This document shows positions 1 to 10,314 of a stretch of DNA of 64,000 nt, one piece after another. The position numbers and the translations under genes are program-made. The notes beneath the pieces are model-generated. The model did no database searches, had not been told where the DNA came from, and saw only the letters and a program-made list of their open reading frames with translations. How positions within the stretch are numbered: the first letter of the stretch is position 1; each line of letters starts with the position of its first letter. The DNA is from Escherichia coli (GTDB lineage Bacteria > Pseudomonadota > Gammaproteobacteria > Enterobacterales > Enterobacteriaceae): assembly GCF_044324785.1 (NCBI RefSeq), contig NZ_CP172127.1; one strand, 5' to 3'.

Positions 1-403
1 TCGGCCAGCTGAATCAGCACGTATTCAATCGGGCTACGACCCTGGCTTACCCAGCTCATAATCGCCATCACCAGCAGGACCCAGAAAATCAGCAGGCCGA
101 TGGTTTTCAGCAGAATTAATAAACCGGCAATCCAAATGATTGGCAGGAAGGTCACCACTTTAAACAGCACGATGGCTTTAATGAAACTGAGAATATAGGC
201 AACCAGCAGCGAGGCGCTATCAATGGGTCCCATTGCCGGAATAACGCGGCGCAGTGGCCCGATAATCGGCTGCGTTACCTTCACTACAAACTGTGAGAAG
301 GGGTTGTAAAAATCACAATGAGCCCACTGCATCCAGATGCGTAATAACAGCACCATGGTATACAGCTCAATGACCGTTGAAAGCAGGAAAGTCAACGTAT
401 TCA
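1..403 (-). CDS. yggT: YggT family inner-membrane protein, 5' part only (runs off window start)
   Basis: Reverse-strand ORF starting at ATG 401-403; translation MNTLTFLLSTVIELYTMVLLLRIWMQW... is hydrophobic and lies in the expected position after yggS. Confidence 0.8.
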
Positions 404-421
404 TGGCGTTCCTTTAATTCC

Positions 422-1126
422 TTATTTTTTAGAGTAATCACGCGCACCAAAAATTGCAGTGCCGATACGAACCATCGTGCTACCTGCCGCAATGGCGGCT
501 TCCATATCGTCCGACATTCCCAGAGAGAGCGTGTCGATATGCGGGTAGCGCGTTTTCAGTCCGGCAAATGCTACAGCCATTTGGCGTGCAACTTCAAACT
601 GCCTTACATATTCTGACTCAGGCGCAGGGATTGCCATCAGCCCGCGCAGACGTAAACGCGGTAGTTCAGCGACCGCAGCTGCCAGCTCGTCCAGTTCAGC
701 CAGTTGAATCCCGGACTTACTGTTTTCATCACTAATATTAATTTGAATCAGTACGTTAAGAGGGGGAAGTTCTGCCGGGCGCTGGTCGTTCAGACGGGTA
801 GCGATGCGCAAACGGTCGATGGTATGACACCAGTCGAAATGCTCTGCCACCAGGCGGCTTTTATTAGACTGCAACGGGCCAATAAAATGCCATTCTAATC
901 CTGTTACGCCCAGTTCCTGAAAGTGGCGAATTTTATCTACCCCTTCCTGAACGTAGTTTTCACCAAATTGACGCTGCCCGGCATCAATGGCTTCTGCGAT
1001 GGCGCTCGCAGGTTTTGTTTTACTGACTGCAAGCAGCGTAATTTCTTCTGGAGAACGGCCGCAACGCGTTGCAGCCGCTGAGATTTTGTCCCGGACCTGT
1101 GCCAGGTTATGCGCAATATCGTTCAT
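422..1126 (-). CDS. yggS: PLP-homeostasis protein YggS
   Basis: 234-aa ORF MNDIAHNLAQVRDKI...; length and sequence as recalled for K-12 YggS. Confidence 0.93.
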   Translation of the reverse strand: MNDIAHNLAQVRDKISAAATRCGRSPEEITLLAVSKTKPASAIAEAIDAGQRQFGENYVQEGVDKIRHFQELGVTGLEWHFIGPLQSNKSRLVAEHFDWCHTIDRLRIATRLNDQRPAELPPLNVLIQINISDENSKSGIQLAELDELAAAVAELPRLRLRGLMAIPAPESEYVRQFEVARQMAVAFAGLKTRYPHIDTLSLGMSDDMEAAIAAGSTMVRIGTAIFGARDYSKK

Positions 1127-1143
1127 TTTCCGAGGATCTTAGT

Positions 1144-2124
1144 ATGAATATGGAAGAAATTGTGGCCCTTAGTGTAAAGCATAACGTCTCGGATCTACAC
1201 CTGTGCAGCGCCTGGCCCGCACGATGGCGTATTCGCGGGAGAATGGAAGCTGCGCCGTTTGACGCGCCGGACGTCGAAGAGCTACTGCGGGAGTGGCTGG
1301 ATGACGATCAGCGGGCAATATTGCTGGAGAATGGTCAGCTGGATTTTGCTGTGTCGCTGGCGGAAAACCAGCGATTGCGCGGCAGTGCGTTCGCACAACG
1401 GCAAGGTATTTCTCTGGCGTTACGGCTGTTACCTTCGCACTGCCCGCAGCTCGAACAGCTTGGCGCACCACCGGTATTGCCGGAATTACTCAAGAGCGAG
1501 AATGGCCTGATTCTGGTGACGGGGGCGACGGGGAGCGGCAAATCTACCACGCTGGCGGCGATGGTTGGCTATCTCAATCAACATGCCGATGCGCATATTC
1601 TGACGCTGGAAGATCCTGTGGAATATCTCTATACCAGTCAGCGATGTTTGATTCAGCAGCGGGAGATTGGTTTGCACTGTATGACTTTCGCATCGGGATT
1701 GCGGGCTGCATTGCGGGAAGATCCTGATGTGATTTTGCTCGGAGAGCTGCGTGATAGCGAGACAATCCGTCTGGCGCTGACGGCGGCAGAAACCGGGCAT
1801 CTGGTGCTGGCGACATTACACACGCGCGGCGCAGCGCAGGCAGTTGAGCGACTGGTGGATTCATTTCCTGCGCAGGAAAAAGATCCCGTGCGTAATCAAC
1901 TGGCAGGTAGTTTACGGGCAGTGTTGTCACAAAAACTGGAAGTGGATAAACAGGAAGGACGCGTGGCGCTGTTTGAATTACTGATTAACACACCCGCGGT
2001 GGGGAATTTGATTCGTGAAGGGAAAACCCACCAGTTACCGCATGTTATTCAAACCGGGCAGCAGGTGGGGATGATAACGTTTCAGCAGAGTTATCAGCAG
2101 CGGGTGAAAGAAGGGCGCTTGTGA
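1144..2124 (+). CDS. yggR: PilT-like ATPase YggR
   Basis: Start taken at MNMEEIVALSV (326 aa); Walker A GATGSGKST present; divergent from yggS. Confidence 0.9.
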   Translation: MNMEEIVALSVKHNVSDLHLCSAWPARWRIRGRMEAAPFDAPDVEELLREWLDDDQRAILLENGQLDFAVSLAENQRLRGSAFAQRQGISLALRLLPSHCPQLEQLGAPPVLPELLKSENGLILVTGATGSGKSTTLAAMVGYLNQHADAHILTLEDPVEYLYTSQRCLIQQREIGLHCMTFASGLRAALREDPDVILLGELRDSETIRLALTAAETGHLVLATLHTRGAAQAVERLVDSFPAQEKDPVRNQLAGSLRAVLSQKLEVDKQEGRVALFELLINTPAVGNLIREGKTHQLPHVIQTGQQVGMITFQQSYQQRVKEGRL

Positions 2125-2151
2125 CGTTGCTGTGTCTGATACGAATTGTAA

Positions 2152-2252
2152 ATATGCCCGATGCGCAAGCTTATCGGGCCTACAAGGGAAGCGTAACTTT
2201 GAATTCGCACTCACTGTAGGTTGGATAAGGCGTTTACGCCGCATCCAACATG
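2152..2252. repeat. REP/BIME element, two inverted REP copies
   Basis: gcccgatgcgcaagcttatcgggcctac and gtaggttggataaggcgtttacgccgcatccaac both resemble the REP consensus, in the convergent yggR/yqgF gap. Confidence 0.7.
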
Positions 2253-2297
2253 AAACAATGAGCACATTGTCAGAAATCTGTGCGCTAGTAAATCGCC

Positions 2298-2714
2298 TTA
2301 ATATCCCTGCTCGAAATAGCTTTCGAGAATAATAACCGCAGAGGCAGAGTCGACTTTGCCTTTGTTGAGCGCCCGATAGCCGCCCTGTTCAAACAGACCG
2401 GAACGTGCCTCCACGGTGCTAAGTCGCTCGTCATGGAGCTTTACTTCAACACCGAAACGACCATGAATACGGTTGGCAAATTTACGCGCTCTGGCGGTTA
2501 ACGGCTGTTCGGTGCCGTCCATATTCAGCGGCAAACCGACGATGATTTCGTCCGGCTGCCACTCTTTCAGTAAACGCTCGATAATGTTCCAGTCCGGCGT
2601 ACCGTCCTGCGCTTTAATTGCAGGCAAAGGGCGAGCGGTGCCGGTAATGCGTTGGCCGACCGCTACGCCAATGCTTTTGGTGCCGAAGTCGAAGGCGAGT
2701 AAGGTTCCACTCAT
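2298..2714 (-). CDS. ruvX: Holliday-junction resolvase-like protein RuvX (YqgF)
   Basis: Start at [20 protein letters not shown] (138 aa); overlaps yqgE stop. Confidence 0.92.
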
Positions 2715-3277
2715 CAGGCGTGTCCTGCCACACCAGGCATGGTGAGAATATCCACACCAATCAGTTTTGCCGCCTCGCGCCAGCGGTCGGCAATCGGCGT
2801 TTTGAACAGAATATTCAGATCTGCCGGGGCCGTTAGCCACGCGTTATCGAGAATTTCTTGTTCCAGTTGACCTTTCTCCCAGGAGGCATAACCCAGAGCC
2901 ACCAATACGTCAGACGGTTGTTTATCGGTGCCGAGCGTTTCCAGCACATCGCGGGAAGTGGTCATCACTGTGTTGTCTGAAATGCGAATGCTGGAAGCAA
3001 AATTGGAGGGCGGAGTATGCAAAATAAACCCGCGATCTTCAGCCAGCGGACCGCCGAGCATAACCGGTTTATCCAGACGGATTGATTCATCACGCGGCTC
3101 CGGCGTGATCTTCAGCTTTTCCAGAATCCCTTCAATTTTGAGATTTTCCAGCGGCTTGTTGACGATGATCCCCATTGCACCATTGGTATTATGTTCGCAA
3201 ATGTAGACCACGGAACGACGGAAAATCGGATCCTGGAGAGCAGGCATGGCAATAAGAAAGTGATGCTGTAAATTCAT
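2714..3277 (-). CDS. yqgE: YqgE/AlgH family protein
   Basis: Start at [12 protein letters not shown] (187 aa). Confidence 0.9.
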
Positions 3278-3385
3278 TGTCAGAGGTTCTGTTTCCTGGT
3301 TCAAAAAAGCAACAGCGCCCAGTATGCGTGGAAAGAAGGGCGCTGTCACTCAGAGTCTCAACGAGATCCTTCTCGCTAAGGTGGG

Positions 3386-4336
3386 TTACTGCTGCTGTAA
3401 ACGTGCTTCGATGGCATCCATTAACATTCCGGTGATCGACACCGGAAACTCTGCTTCAATCTCACGAATACAGGTTGGGCTGGTGACGTTAATTTCAGTC
3501 AGACGGTCGCCGATGATATCCAGACCAACAAAAATCAGCCCTTTTTCTTTCAGCGTCGGCCCAATCTGACGGGCGATTTTCCAGTCACTTTCCGTCAGCG
3601 GACGAGGTTCACCGCGACCACCGGCAGCCAGATTGCCACGGGTTTCGCCCCCCTGCGGAATACGCGCCAGGCAATACGGCACCGGCTCGCCATCCACTAC
3701 CAGCACGCGTTTGTCGCCATCTTTAATGGCTGGCAGGTAATTTTGCGCCATGCAGTAGCGAGTGCCATGCTCAGTCAGGGTTTCGGCAATCACGCCGAGG
3801 TTTGGATCACCTTCTTTCACGCGGAAAATCGACGCGCCGCCCATACCGTCCAGCGGCTTAAGAATGATGTCGCTGTGTTTTTCCCAGAAAGCTTTTAGCT
3901 GCGCTTTATTGCGTGTGACCAGCGTTTCTGGTGTTAAGTCAGAGAACCAGGCAGTGAACAGTTTTTCGTTACAATCGCGCAGGCTCTGCGGCTTGTTAAC
4001 GATCAGCGTCCCTTTATCTTCGGCACGTTCCAGAATATAGGTCGCGTAGATAAACTCGGTATCAAACGGCGGGTCTTTACGCATCAGGATCACATCGAGA
4101 TCGGCCAGCGGCAGATCCTGCTCACCCGTGAACTCGTACCATTTATCGTAGTTCTGTTCGACGCTCAAAGTACGGGTACGAGCGCGAGCCTCACCATTGA
4201 TCAAATAGAGATCGGCCATCTCCATATAGTGAAGTTCGTAACCACGACGCTGTGCTTCCAGCAACATAGCGAAACTGGAATCTTTCTTGATGTTGATGTT
4301 TGCGATGGGGTCCATCACGATGCCGAGCTTGATCAT
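3386..4336 (-). CDS. gshB: glutathione synthetase
   Basis: 316-aa ORF MIKLGIVMDPIANINIKKDSSFAMLLEAQRRGYELHY... Confidence 0.95.
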   Translation of the reverse strand: MIKLGIVMDPIANINIKKDSSFAMLLEAQRRGYELHYMEMADLYLINGEARARTRTLSVEQNYDKWYEFTGEQDLPLADLDVILMRKDPPFDTEFIYATYILERAEDKGTLIVNKPQSLRDCNEKLFTAWFSDLTPETLVTRNKAQLKAFWEKHSDIILKPLDGMGGASIFRVKEGDPNLGVIAETLTEHGTRYCMAQNYLPAIKDGDKRVLVVDGEPVPYCLARIPQGGETRGNLAAGGRGEPRPLTESDWKIARQIGPTLKEKGLIFVGLDIIGDRLTEINVTSPTCIREIEAEFPVSITGMLMDAIEARLQQQ

Positions 4337-4348
4337 TATTCTTCTCCG

Positions 4349-5080
4349 TTAGCCCAAATCGCCAAAACGCACTTGTAGCGCGGTAATGGCGGTGAGCGCA
4401 GTTGTCTCAGTACGCAAAACGCGAGGTCCCAACAGGATATCAGTAAATTGATAGCGGGCAGTCATGGCAATTTCATCTGCCGATAAACCGCCTTCCGGGC
4501 CAATCAGCAGGCGGACGCGTTCGACCGGTAACGGCAACGTATTGATGCTGTTGCTGGCGCGCGGGTGAAGATTCAGTTTCAGTCCTTCATCCTGCTCTGC
4601 ACACCAGGCTTCCAGATCCATCGCTGGACGGATTTCCGGCACCCGGTTACGGCCACACTGCTCACAGGCAGCAATTGCAATCTTCTGCCACTGCTGGAGC
4701 TTCTTGTTCAGACGTTCACTATCCAGTTTAACGCCGCAGCGCTCAGAAAAAAGTGGCGTAATGAGGCTTACACCGAGTTCGATCGATTTCTGGATAGTAA
4801 ATTCCATTTTTTCACCACGCGACATCACCTGACCGAGGTGAATATGCAGCGGAGATTCGCGATCGTCGATCTGGCCTTCCAGCACCTTCACTTCCACGCT
4901 TTTTTTGCTGGCGCTGGTAATTTCGGCGTCAAAGACCTGGTTGCTGCCGTCAAACAATTGCAGCGCCTGTCCCGGCCCCATACGCAGTACGCGCCCGATA
5001 TGGTTGGCGGCATCTTCGCAAAGCGCGATGTGAGAATGGCTGGTCAGTGGTTCAGGATGATAAATGCGGGGGATACGCAT
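4349..5080 (-). CDS. rsmE: 16S rRNA m3U1498 methyltransferase
   Basis: Start at [10 protein letters not shown] (243 aa). Confidence 0.9.
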
Positions 5081-5159
5081 AGTTAAAAATCCGCGTCGTC
5101 TCCCCACGCGGTTGTACGCGTGGGGTAGGGGTTAACAAAAAGAATCCCGCTAGTGTAGG

Positions 5160-5867
5160 TTAGCTCTTTCGCGCCTGGCAAGCGCGTTGCACATACGGGT
5201 TATGATTGCCCTGCACCTTCGCGATGCGTTCATCACGCTCGCACTCCCAGTCGGTAACTGGATACATCTTGTCCCATGCGTTGAACAGCTGCGTTTGCTG
5301 ACGAGAGAGTGTCAGGTTGTATTGGTCACGCATATAGAAGTAGGTGCGCGCAATGGCACCGCGTGCACGCGCTGGTGGCTCGGCAACTTTTTCTTTGAAA
5401 TCGACCTTCATGGCGCATTGACCGTACTGGCCTTCACCGCCATTCCACTGGCTGTACATAAAGTTGCCGCGATCGCCATTCACCTCACCGACTGACGGCT
5501 GCAGGTTATGCATATCGCTTTCCATCTTGCGATAGACCGGATCTTTGGCGCAATTTTTACGTCCACCGTCCTGCCAGCACTGGCGCTGGTGACCGAATTG
5601 CCAGGCAGGAACGACGTGTTCCCACTCTACGCGGCTGGCACGGTTTTCATTTTTTCGCACCTGATAGCCGCACGATTGCAGATCAACAACGCCTTTTTTG
5701 CCCTGCCAGTTAATTTTACATCCGCAATAAAACGTACCGGGCGCGTCAGCGTGGACTTTTACCGCCGCGGCTTTCGCTTGAGAAAAACTATTGATACCTT
5801 CGGCCAATGCCGGGCCGGAAAATGCTGCGCTCAGTACCACCGCAGCAATAGACAAATAACGGTACAT
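5160..5867 (-). CDS. endA: periplasmic endonuclease I
   Basis: Start at [22 protein letters not shown], signal peptide; 235 aa. Confidence 0.93.
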   Translation of the reverse strand: MYRYLSIAAVVLSAAFSGPALAEGINSFSQAKAAAVKVHADAPGTFYCGCKINWQGKKGVVDLQSCGYQVRKNENRASRVEWEHVVPAWQFGHQRQCWQDGGRKNCAKDPVYRKMESDMHNLQPSVGEVNGDRGNFMYSQWNGGEGQYGQCAMKVDFKEKVAEPPARARGAIARTYFYMRDQYNLTLSRQQTQLFNAWDKMYPVTDWECERDERIAKVQGNHNPYVQRACQARKS

Positions 5868-5961
5868 CACTTACTCCGTGTTAAAACGAGCCAGCAACGT
5901 AGCGAAAGTTGTTTTGGTATGCAATCAGCCAGATCAGGAAAGTTCCTGATAGTTCAGGTGG

Positions 5962-6459
5962 TTATTTCGCAACCAGCTGTTCGCCGCAGTGAACACAGCG
6001 ATAGACGGCTTCGCCACGAACTACGCGATTATGACGGCGTACGGTAAGCTGATGCTCCTGGCACTTGCAGCGGTAGGGGAAGGTGTTGCGGCGCACGGAT
6101 TGCAGTTCGAACTGATGCGTACGGCGGGCGGGAACGCCCAGCACGCTTTCCATCATCCACTTCCACTCTTTGCCATGTGGCGCTACGCGGCCGAAATGTT
6201 TCCATACCAGCAAATGTGCCAGTTCGTGCGGCACCACTTCTTCAATAAAGGCTTCACTGTTTTCCAACAGCAAAACGGGATTGAGACGAATTTCATAGCT
6301 TTCCAGCCAGGCTGTTCCGGCAGAGGTTCCGCGCTGGGTGTAAGAGAGTTTTGGCTCCGGGTAGTTACGCCCTAGCTTCAGGTTGGCCTGGGCGAGTTTT
6401 TCCCGCAGGCGACGCATAACGGCCTGTTGGATGGCGATAGGGAGACGGGATGTTTTCAT
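5962..6459 (-). CDS. sprT: SprT family zinc-metallopeptidase-like protein
   Basis: Start at [12 protein letters not shown] (165 aa); HELAH motif present. Confidence 0.88.
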   Translation of the reverse strand: MKTSRLPIAIQQAVMRRLREKLAQANLKLGRNYPEPKLSYTQRGTSAGTAWLESYEIRLNPVLLLENSEAFIEEVVPHELAHLLVWKHFGRVAPHGKEWKWMMESVLGVPARRTHQFELQSVRRNTFPYRCKCQEHQLTVRRHNRVVRGEAVYRCVHCGEQLVAK

Positions 6460-6535
6460 AGCGGCAGAGGATAGAGCGAAGAAAAGATGACTGCAAGAGG
6501 TGGCTTCCTCCATGATGGGAGGAAGCCTGAGGAGA

Positions 6536-7930
6536 TTAATCGTGAGCGCCGATTTCGCGCAGTTTACGACCTTTCATCAGATTACGTTCAATATGTTCCA
6601 GCGAAACGTGTTTGGTTTCCGGTACCAGCCACAATGTCAGCAGGATAAACAGTACGTTCAGAGCAGCATACACCCAGAAGGTGTTGGCGTTACCCAGCGT
6701 GTTGAGCATGGTCAGGAACGTTGCGCCAACGATCATGTTGGCAATCCAGTTGGTGGCAGTGGAGCAGGTGATGCCAAAATCGCGGCCTTTCAGCGGCTGA
6801 ATTTCGGAGCACAGTACCCAAATCAGCGGACCGGCACTCATGGCAAAACCGACAATAAACATCAGCAGCATGGCGATGGCGAAATACTGCGCCGACGGAG
6901 AGTGGATACCGATATGCATCATTGTACCGAGTACGCCCATACCAGCAGCCATCACCAGGAAGCCCAGCGTTAGCGTTGGTTTACGTCCCCAGCGGTCAAC
7001 AAGGCCGATTGCGATAAAGGTGGCAAGTACGTTGGTCAGGCCGACAATCACTGTCCCCCACATTTGCTCGGTGGTGTTGGTATAACCCGCCAGTTCGAAG
7101 ATTTTCGGCGCGTAATACATGATGACGTTCATCCCGGTGAATTGCTGCATTACCTGCAATAGTACGCCAAGGAACACCGCGCGGCGGAAGTTGCTATTCT
7201 CTTTAAACAGCGCCCAGCCACTCTGTTTAACCTGCAAACTTTCACGGATTTCATCCAGTTCGCGTTTCGCTTCCGCGCTGGTGTCACGCAGGCGTAGCAG
7301 CACGCGTTCGGCATCAACAAAACGGCGTTTGGCGGCAAACCAACGTGGGCTGTCTGGCAGGAAGAAGACACCAATCAGCAGCAAAATTGCCGGGATGATA
7401 ATCACACCCAGCATCCAGCGCCATGCACCGGTGTAGCTGAAGGCGGTATCAGAAAGATAAGCGCCGAGGATCCCGATAGTGATCATCAACTGATACATCG
7501 AGATCATACTGCCGCGAATTTTTTCCGGCGCAATTTCAGAGAGGTACAGCGGTGCGGTATAAGAGGCCACACCCACTGCCAGCCCCAGCAAAACGCGGGA
7601 AAGAATCAGTACTTCAACGTTTGGCGCAGCAGCAGAGAACAGTGAACCGGCAACAAACAAGATTGCGCCGATCATCAGGCTCTTTTTGCGCCCGAGTTTA
7701 AAGGAGAGCCAGCCGCTGCCCACCGCACCGACTGCCGCACCGAACATCATGGAGCTTACGACCCATTCTTGCGTGTGCGAAGTAATCTGGAATTCATCTG
7801 CAATAAACGGCAGTGCGCCAGCAATTACACCGATATCCAGGCCAAAGAGTAATCCCGCCAGAGCGGCAAGGAAGCAGACGAAAAACGTCATTGCCTTGTT
7901 TGACCGCCCCTGTTTTTTAGCGTCAGGCAT
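6536..7930 (-). CDS. galP: galactose:H+ symporter (MFS)
   Basis: Start at [32 protein letters not shown] (464 aa). Confidence 0.95.
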   Translation of the reverse strand: MPDAKKQGRSNKAMTFFVCFLAALAGLLFGLDIGVIAGALPFIADEFQITSHTQEWVVSSMMFGAAVGAVGSGWLSFKLGRKKSLMIGAILFVAGSLFSAAAPNVEVLILSRVLLGLAVGVASYTAPLYLSEIAPEKIRGSMISMYQLMITIGILGAYLSDTAFSYTGAWRWMLGVIIIPAILLLIGVFFLPDSPRWFAAKRRFVDAERVLLRLRDTSAEAKRELDEIRESLQVKQSGWALFKENSNFRRAVFLGVLLQVMQQFTGMNVIMYYAPKIFELAGYTNTTEQMWGTVIVGLTNVLATFIAIGLVDRWGRKPTLTLGFLVMAAGMGVLGTMMHIGIHSPSAQYFAIAMLLMFIVGFAMSAGPLIWVLCSEIQPLKGRDFGITCSTATNWIANMIVGATFLTMLNTLGNANTFWVYAALNVLFILLTLWLVPETKHVSLEHIERNLMKGRKLREIGAHD

Positions 7931-8274
7931 GATGCCCTCCAATATGGTTATTTTTTATTGTGAATTAAGATAGGTGAGTACGACGTAAAAAGATGTGAAG
8001 CAAATCACATCAGTGTAATCGCTTACACTAACATTTATCTTAGTTATGATTTAAGTGCATGAAAATAATTGAGTTATATCATCATAGATTAAACGCTGTT
8101 ATCTGCAATTAAGACTTTACTGAAAAGAAATGTAACAACTGTGAAAACCGAATAATAATATGAAAATATTACAAATCTTTGTCTGGTGTGGTTGGTGTAA
8201 TCGGTTTCAGTAGCGATGATAATTTGCGGTAAAACGTGTTCAGGAAGAATGATGTTATTGTGCGGGCAGCTTTT

Positions 8275-8305
8275 TGCCGGATGCCGCGTGAACGCCTATC
8301 CACCG
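8275..8305. repeat. partial REP-like element
   Basis: gccggatgccgcgtgaacgcctatcc resembles the REP consensus, in the metK-galP gap. Confidence 0.45.
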
Positions 8306-8310
8306 CGGTG

Positions 8311-8343
8311 AGGTAAAAGAAAAAGGCCAGCGCGAGGCTGGCC
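8311..8343 (-). terminator. metK intrinsic terminator
   Basis: Palindrome ggccagc-gcgag-gctggcc; on the reverse strand it is followed by a T-run, about 20 nt past the metK stop. Confidence 0.75.
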
Positions 8344-8365
8344 TTTGAAAGCAGGTGAAGAAAGA

Positions 8366-9520
8366 TTACTTCAGACCGGCAGCATCGCGCAGCAGCTGCG
8401 CTTTGTCGGTTTTTTCCCACGGGAAATGTTCGCGACCAAAGTGACCGTATGCTGCGGTTTCTTTGTAGATCGGGTGCAGCAGATCCAGCATCTGAATCAG
8501 ACCGTATGGACGCAGGTCAAAGAACTCACGTACCAGCAGAGTCAGTTGTTCAGAAGGCACTTTCTCGGTACCGAAAGTTTCCACCATGATAGAGGTCGGT
8601 TCAGCCACGCCGATTGCGTAGGAAACCTGAATTTCACAACGATCGGCCAGGCCAGCAGCAACGATGTTTTTCGCGACATAACGTGCTGCGTACGCTGCGG
8701 AACGGTCCACTTTTGATGGATCTTTACCAGAGAATGCACCACCACCGTGACGTGCCATGCCGCCGTAGGTATCAACGATAATTTTACGACCAGTCAGACC
8801 GCAGTCACCCATCGGGCCACCGATAACAAAACGACCGGTCGGGTTGATGAAGAATTTGGTGGCAGAAGTCAGCCATTCAGCCGGCAGAATCGGCTTGATG
8901 ATCTCTTCCATTACCGCTTCTTGCAGCGATTTCTGGTCGATTTCTTCAGAGTGCTGAGTGGAAAGCACGACAGCATCGATACCAACGATTTTGCCGTCGT
9001 CATACTGGAAAGTCACCTGGCTTTTCGCGTCCGGGCGCAGCCACGGCAGAGTGCCGTTTTTACGCACTTCAGCCTGACGCTGTACCAGACGGTGTGCATA
9101 GGTGATAGGCGCTGGCATCAGCACGTCGGTTTCATTGGTTGCGTAGCCAAACATCAGACCCTGGTCACCCGCGCCCTGTTCCAGCGGATCGGCACGGTCA
9201 ACGCCCTGGTTGATGTCAGGAGACTGTTTGCCGATAGCGCTCAGAACCGCACAGGAGTTAGCGTCAAAGCCCATGTCGGAATGTACATAGCCAATTTCGC
9301 GAACGGTGTTACGGGTGATCTCTTCGATGTCTACCCAGGCGCTGGTGGTGATTTCGCCGCCAACTAAAACCATGCCGGTTTTTACGTAGGTTTCGCAAGC
9401 AACGCGTGCTTTCGGATCCTGTTCGAGGATCGCGTCTAAAACGGCATCAGAGATTTGGTCAGCAATTTTGTCAGGATGCCCTTCAGAGACGGACTCGGAC
9501 GTAAAAAGGTGTTTTGCCAT
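8366..9520 (-). CDS. metK: S-adenosylmethionine synthetase
   Basis: Start at [25 protein letters not shown] (384 aa). Confidence 0.97.
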
Positions 9521-9575
9521 ATTTAATATCACCTAAAGAGAATTTGGTTAGCTCAAACTGTTGTGTGGATTTTCT

Positions 9576-9827
9576 GTGGTAGCGGATCCTACCACGACTC
9601 TGCAGGTTAAAAACACTGGCAGTCTGAGTGTTAATCGGTATGGATGGATTAACATCTGGATGGCTATTTTAGGTCAGTTCTTCACCCAATTTCCACTTTT
9701 TTTTGAATCGTGTCTCATTCTGTTAAAAACGTGGCTGGAAATTTTTCCTGACAATGCTGGCATTCTGCGTATTTATCTTTTGCAATTTTCTGCCATTGTG
9801 GGGTATAAAACGCGGCGCGCGGCTTAA
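9576..9827 (+). CDS. small hypothetical ORF (83 aa from GTG) in the metK-speA divergent region; possibly the K-12 yqgD annotation
   Basis: Open frame only; K-12 annotates an 83-aa y-gene near here; no conservation evidence available. Confidence 0.2.
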
Positions 9828-10039
9828 ATAAAAAGCACACGACGTTTCTTTCGTGTTGCCACTTCCAGCCGGGTTGAAATCAGAGTTTTGGCTTGTGGGT
9901 TCGTCTTAACAGGCGGCCGTGGAGGTGATACGAAATAATGAACCGTTGTCTGCTGCTTAACCTGTCTCACCGTTCTGGTGAAGATTCGTTCCCCGCACTC
10001 TGCATCTCTGCTTTGCATACCTGCCGATGTTATACCCAT
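9824..10039 (-). CDS. yqgC: small hypothetical protein YqgC
   Basis: 71-aa ORF; length and position match the K-12 yqgC annotation between metK and speA. Confidence 0.4.
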
Positions 10040-10096
10040 CTCGGCGCTTCTCAGGATTCAAGAGCTGGTTACAGTTACTGAGGACTGAACAAGGGC

Positions 10097-10120
10097 GCTC
10101 TTGTAAAAACAAGAGTTTTC
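10097..10120 (+). terminator. terminator-like hairpin upstream of yqgB/speA
   Basis: ctcttg-taaaaa-caagag followed by ttttctcgtggtttc. Confidence 0.4.
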
Positions 10121-10174
10121 TCGTGGTTTCGCCGAACTGTCACACTTACGTTCGGTTATGTGCTTAATAATGTT

Positions 10175-10306
10175 ATGAAAAAGAAACCGGTTGCGCAGTT
10201 GGAGCGTCAGCATTCACTGCTGGAAAATCCATGTGCTTATGGGTTGTTATCGCAGTTCCAGGCTGCGATAGTCGTTAACTGTTTTACACTTAATAAAATA
10301 ATTTGA
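10175..10306 (+). CDS. yqgB: small protein YqgB (43 aa) immediately upstream of speA
   Basis: ATG 10175; translation [43 protein letters not shown]; stop 8 nt before the speA ATG. Confidence 0.65.
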
Positions 10307-10314
10307 GGTTCGCT

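Noticed and set aside
8169-8420. 83-aa reverse-strand ORF ([14 protein letters not shown]...) between metK and galP
   Set aside because: It starts inside the metK coding region, runs through the metK terminator hairpin, has no SD and is Arg/Ala-rich junk-like. Its length matches an 83-aa K-12 y-gene, but I place that candidate at 9576-9827 on positional grounds.
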